The translations under genes were made by a program, and so were the position numbers. Of a DNA stretch of 64,000 nt, positions 58,915-64,000 are shown piece by piece. The notes beneath the pieces are model-generated. The model worked only from the letters and a program-made list of their open reading frames with translations. It made no database searches and was not told the origin of the DNA. The stretch is taken from positions 88,568 through 152,567 of the forward strand of contig CAVQNT010000003.1 of assembly GCA_963714275.1 (NCBI GenBank), written 5' to 3'. Within the stretch, counting starts at the first letter, position 1, and each line of letters opens with the position of its first letter. The stretch is from Candidatus Bathyarchaeota archaeon (GTDB taxonomy: Archaea; Thermoproteota; Bathyarchaeia; Bathyarchaeales; DTEX01).

Positions 58915-61900
58915 ATGGTGATGCTGTTATTATGCACGATTGGGGTGACGGTGCCTCTAAGCTTCGGTTCAACAAGTGCAGTCTCCAATTTCTCAAACAA
59001 ATTCTAATTTGGATTTTTTTCTCGATGAAAACGTTTACAGTAACGTTCTAGACAGGATAACTTTTCTTTCAAACTTAGGCTCAAGAGTGACGGGGTATGA
59101 AGGAAACTATAGGGCTGCCCAATACATAATCGACGAATTTTCTAAACTTGGGCTTAACGTGCAAGTCCAGAAATTCAATGTAACAGTGCCCATAGACCTA
59201 GGTTCAGACATAACAATCCTTACACCAATCACGGCAACCATAAATGCTTACGCTGTTTGGCCAAACGGCGTTCAACCTTCCCCTGCAAAAGATTTGGAAG
59301 GTCCATTGGTGTACGTGAAGGGTGATTCGTTAGGAAATTTCGACGGAAAAAATATAACGGATTCCATTGTTCTCATGGAGTTTAACTCCAGCTCCAATTG
59401 GCTTTACGGTGTAGATTTGGGTGCCAAAGCCGTAATATTCATTGAACCTTCCGATTCGTCAAGCAGCGAAAGTCTACAAAAATTCGTTGAAGCCCCCGTC
59501 TACTTCCCGAAGTTGTTTGTGAAACATGATGATGGACAAAGGCTTAAAAATTTGGTTCAAAGTTCCCAATCCGAAGTTCGAGTAAAAATAAACCTCAGGA
59601 TGGAATGGAGAACCGTTGAAACACAAAACATCATAGCCATGCTTAAGGGTACGGGAAATCCTGGAGATGTCATAGTTCTTACGTCACATTATGACTCGTG
59701 GTCGGTTGTTCCCGCCATTTCCTACGGCGCTTCTGACGCCACGGGCGTTTCATGGCTTATAGAATTGGCTAGGTATTTTTCGGTTAATAAGCCTGTCAGA
59801 TCCGTTTGGTTTGTAGCCTTCTCTGCTCATTGGCAGGCTATGGCTGGGGAAAGAGAGTTCGTCGATGAAATGTTCTTTAGCAGTCAGGTTCAAAGTGGAG
59901 CGGTCAAACCTTGGGTCTTCATAGGTTTAGGACCTTTCTCCGGAGACTCTTTCAATATCCAGCTATTGGACACAAGCTTTTACGCAGGAGCCTGTTCATC
60001 TGAGCTGATTACCTCCGACCGATTTACATGGATACAAAGACGCATAACCCAATCTTACCTTCTAAACAACGAATTAAGACTGACAATTGAGGAGCTCACT
60101 GGGAGAAATCTTGACCCTACGCTTTTAGTTGAAGAAAGGCTGTCTACAACCTCTATGTGGTGGGGAACAATCCAACAGCCAATCATGCTTGAAAGCGAAA
60201 TTCCCCTTACAGCTGGCTGTATATCCTTTAACATTCTCAGTTCTCCTGTTTACACATACTCCAAGTACATAGGGTCGCCCGTTAACGACTTGGAACTCGT
60301 TAACCTAGAAAATATAAAACCTCAGTTTCTTGTTTCAGGCTTCATTGTTTCATCCATACTTAACGATAATGAATGGTCCCTTAGTTGGGCCAGCGTTAAA
60401 CCTGTCAGAAGCGTGTACGTGGGAAGCAGCATAATTGCTTCACAAAACGCGGGGTTCATCACGTTGAATGGTAAAGTCCTGTTTTTTAACAATAGTTTAG
60501 GTTGGTATGAACCTATTTCCCACGCACTAGTTCAAGTGCAAATGACGACCATGAATAATCCCTTAGCAAAGATAATTACGATGGCTGATGAAAATGGAAG
60601 CTTCCAAATTAGGGGCATAACACCCTACACTCTCACTTATAACAAGGGCGGATGGGAAACCAAAGCTTGGATTATCGATAAAGAAACCGGGAATATACTA
60701 TATGCTCCAGACCTCGGAGTTCAAGGCGGCAGAGTTTTTACAAGCACAATCTTTCCTATGAGTCATCCTGCGCAAGTGTCTGCTGTGGTTGCAGAACTCC
60801 GAGCTATAACAGTTTTTAACCTGCTGGACCCAAGATACGACAGACCACTGATGGTTTTGGACCAAAGGTTTTCCTCGCTTGTCTCAAGCGACATATTTGT
60901 ATCAGTCAGCGGGTTCATACGCCCCATCGAATTTTCGTCTAAAAGCGATTTTCTCACTTATGGCGCTTATTATAATCCTTGGGAAACTGTGGGAATAGTT
61001 TTTGTCCCGCCGTCCTCAAAAAGTGCTATTTTATTGAAAATGGGAGGCACAGGAGCATCTTCGTTAAGCTGGCCCATGTTTCTTACTAATTCGACTGATG
61101 AAGAACCTGAAGGGGCAGGAGTTACAATGTCTAACGACTCAATCACGATTCCCTTCTCAATTTACGCTTTTGCCTCTGACATGTTCAGAGCAACAAAATC
61201 CAGATACGAAAAGTTAACGGCATACAATGTGAGAAGCCTCAGCATAGAAAAAGCGCTTGATGAATCCCAAAAGAACTTAGCATTGGCTGAAAGCTTGTTT
61301 AACAGTAAAAACTACAGCGAAGCTTATAGTTACGCTACTTTGTCCTATTCTTGGTCAACCCGAGCTTACAATGAAGTTATGGCTATAATTAACGAAGCAG
61401 GCACAAGCATAACGACACTTTTTATCCTTGCCATAATAGTTTCCTTCGTAGTGGAGCGAATATTGGTTCAAGCCACGAAAGGTCTTGTAAGGTTACTTTT
61501 CATAGTAGGATTCACGGTACTCTCCATTATCACGATGAGCCTCATACATCCAGCTTACACGGTCATGAGCAACGCGATCATAGCGAATATTGGTTCAGTT
61601 CTGATGATAATGTTCGTTATAAGTCTGGGAATACTGGCCATTGAAGCGGAAAAAATGTCAAAAGCCCTTTCTGTACGGTATCTTGGTACGCACAGTATTG
61701 AGAAGGCTCGATTGGGCGTCGTAGCCCTAGCTTCCTCGATATCTGTTAACTTCATAAGAAAACATCGTCTCCGGGCTGTGCTAACGTTCCTAACAGTTTT
61801 CATAGTCAGTACAGCCATCACGTCAATTACTTCCATGGCACCATTCATAGGTGTCAAGATTTCGCCAAAGTCACTGGGAACATTGGATTTACTTTATCCG

Positions 61901-63422
61901 ACGCAGTTGTTCTTAAAGAATGGTCAAGGTTTGCCTCAAAATGACATTTTCTCAGCACAAGTCGTTGAAGTCCTTAATCAGGTTTTGAAGGACAAATTCG
62001 TAATATTGCCTAGGGTCGTTTACTATCCTCAAACAATATTCAGATACGGCGTTTATCAGGGAATATCGTCTCAAACTCAGACAAGTTACTTAAGGGCTAT
62101 TCTGGGAGTGTCACCTGCAGAATCTGTCTTCCAGCAAAACTTGACATCTGGAAGATTCTTTTTAGAAGACGATTTTCAAACATGCATACTGTCCTCGGCG
62201 CAGGCTGAGGCGTTAAATGTAAAGGTAGACGACAAGATTAGCACCGGCGAGCTACGAACTAGTTGTCGTAGGAATCTTTAATGAAAGTACCTTCAGACAA
62301 TTAAAAGAACCGAACGGTATTCAGTTTGGAGTTCCAGACCCCTCCTATAATTCCTACATTGCTAAAGACATGGCTCAGCCTTTGAATCCTGGAGTTACTA
62401 TTCCTCTACTTTCATGGGAATTTGTCTTGGTGGTTCCACAAAGATTTGCTCTTAGCCTCGGAGGGTTTGTCCAATCAATAGTCGCTGTACCCGTGTCGTC
62501 CGAGGTTTCAAGCAGTGAAATTCGAATAATCGCGAGTAATTTAGCTTTAACTCTGGATTTGAACATCTCGTTCGTTATTAACGGCTTAATTTCATCAGCT
62601 TCAAGATTACCTTCGTACGTTACTTTCGGGTTCGAGTCCCTAATGGTTCTTGTTGTCATCGCAGCTCTAAACATTGCTGTAACAATACTTTCGAGCATAA
62701 GAGAAAGAAACAGAGAGATTCAAGTTTTCGCAGTGACAGGATTGACGCCTCTGGGCTCCATGTCCATGTTTATTTTGGAATCGGAGATTTACGCCATCAT
62801 CGGAGGGTTCCTAGGATACTTCGCCGGTTTTGGACTTAATACTGCCTTCCGCAATTTTGGATTGTTGCCCTCGGAGATACCCTTCAATCACATTTCTTCA
62901 ACCACAATGCTCACAATTGTCATAATTTTGGTGGTCAGCTTTGTCACGTCTTTGTGGCCATCTTTTTCAGCAGGCAAATCCGTTACACCTTCACTTCTTA
63001 GAAAATGGGAGTTCACCACCGAGCCAGGACAAGATGATTGGGAAATACCAATACCTTCAAGAGCCTCATCCAAAGAGGAAGCGATAAGCATTCTTAGATT
63101 CCTGAAAGAATTTTTTGACGGTGCCGGCAACGTGGGACACATGTTCATGATTACTGAAACAAAGAACGTGATGGCAGAAGACGCCACGATAAGGTTTGTG
63201 ATTAGGCAAGCTCCCTACGAACTGTTGATTCTTTCAGACGTGGAAATTCGATTCGTAGCGGACACTGAGGGATACTCAACACAAGTGTATCTGAAAAGAA
63301 CATCGGGAGATAGAAAAGCGTGGATCGTCTCAAGCTACTATTTCGTGGACTCCCTGAGGAAGCAATTATTGCTTTGGAGAAGCCTTGCGGTTGCTGATCG
63401 TAGGAAGTTTTTGAATGACTAA
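58915..63422 (+). CDS. Giant fusion protein: signal peptide, M28/PA-like (probably non-catalytic) ectodomain, extra TM helices, FtsX/MacB-type permease module, C-terminal soluble domain; two frameshifts (within 58976-59005 and near 62250)
   Basis: The signal MVMLLLCTIGVTVPLSFGSTSAVS lies in a frame that overlaps the start of the 58976 ORF. M28-like blocks are TSHYDSW and GASDATGVSWLIELAR. FtsX-type TM1 is RLRAVLTFLTVFIVSTAITS. The MacB-PCD-like region has ...LSSAQAEALNVKVDDKIS and, after the shift, YELVVVGIFNES. The FtsX core is SSIRERNREIQVFAVTGLTP followed by 3 TM helices. Confidence 0.6.
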
Positions 63423-64000
63423 ATCTGTGCAGGAAAATGCATCGTCTCTTAAGCCTGGACTAACTTGGAGAAGCTTTATTGCAATGCTGACAGCAATCCT
63501 AATCTTTTTGCCAGCATCCATATATATGAACTTGACGTCAGGAGCCGGCACTTTAGGCGTAGCAGCATCCTTCGTTATCGCCATCATATTTAGCGAAATA
63601 ACAAGGTACTTTGGGAACCCTCTTACAAAACAGGAACTTTTCATTATGTTTTCCGTGGTTTCAGCGGTATCCAGCCTTGTTACGCCCTATTATGGTCTTA
63701 TTTGGAGAGTCTACTTTTCAACTCATCCCGTGTTCTCCCACGTAATGCTTTACGGCGAACCCCTGATTAACCTTATTCCTTCATGGTTTGTTCCTAAAGA
63801 TGCCAGTGTCCTGCAGTTGCGAACCTTTTTTGTCGCGGAGTGGTTCCAACCAATCGCCATAGTTCTTACAATGGTTATCTTGTCTCTCATCCAATCGGTT
63901 TCTATAGCACTGTTCTGCTCTCATCTATTCATAGACGTTGAAAAGTTAGAGTTTCCATTCGCCAAGATTCAAAGCAGCCTCGTTCAGGTACTGTCTGAGA
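63415..64000 (+). CDS. Large polytopic membrane protein, paralogue of 56691-58763 (3' end outside the window)
   Basis: The ATG at 63415 overlaps the preceding stop by 8 nt. The frame is open to the window end: MTKSVQENASSLKPGLTWRSFIAMLTAILIFLPASIY...FIDVEKLEFPFAKIQ, collinear with LRAIIVAVLMFAIFLPISE...DIEKLPFPIHA. It is absent from the ORF track because no stop codon is reached. Confidence 0.6.
   Translation, partial: MTKSVQENASSLKPGLTWRSFIAMLTAILIFLPASIYMNLTSGAGTLGVAASFVIAIIFSEITRYFGNPLTKQELFIMFSVVSAVSSLVTPYYGLIWRVYFSTHPVFSHVMLYGEPLINLIPSWFVPKDASVLQLRTFFVAEWFQPIAIVLTMVILSLIQSVSIALFCSHLFIDVEKLEFPFAKIQSSLVQVLSE

Overview
The window looks like an archaeal chromosome fragment. Evidence: aRF1 with NIKS and GGQ motifs, a Rio2 kinase, archaeal-type UMP kinase, a PDCD5-like protein, and a class II tRNA-Leu(CAA) that only folds after removing two non-canonical introns. 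That intron pattern suggests a TACK or Bathyarchaeia-like lineage, which is inference. Layout: 1-8.1 kb is an Opp/Dpp-type ABC transporter followed by a GH42-like hydrolase, a double-SIS isomerase/deaminase and a ROK kinase (oligosaccharide or amino-sugar use). 9.2-28.4 kb is an AT-rich accessory stretch. It holds a convergent SIR2_2-like plus HEPN-motif gene pair (my best candidate for an undescribed defence module), two PRC-barrel paralogues, a transglutaminase-like membrane protein, a DUF5060/GH5-like hydrolase, adjacent ICMT-like and CPBP/CAAX-protease-like genes, two DUF362 paralogues with a vWA gene, and an FTR-rubredoxin plus glutaredoxin pair. At least six copies or partial copies of an unusual low-complexity intergenic element occur only in this stretch. 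29.4-50 kb is visibly more GC-rich and mostly core: Gfo/Idh/MocA oxidoreductase, Rio2, formamidase-like, ceramidase-like, aRF1, a bactofilin-like repeat protein, KamA-type lysine 2,3-aminomutase with two ATP-grasp ligases and a GNAT, ValRS, an MBL hydrolase, PyrH, ADP-ribosylglycohydrolase, an FG-GAP protein and the tRNA-Leu. 50-64 kb holds a GH38 alpha-mannosidase, an alkaline-phosphatase-family protein, and a very large M28/PA-like plus FtsX/MacB-like fusion flanked by two paralogous polytopic membrane proteins. About 16 genes are interrupted by roughly 25 frameshifts plus two in-frame stops, caused by consensus errors, gene decay or both. I saw no rRNA, CRISPR array, transposase or integrase. 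All calls come from reading the translations and sequence by eye; no searches were run.
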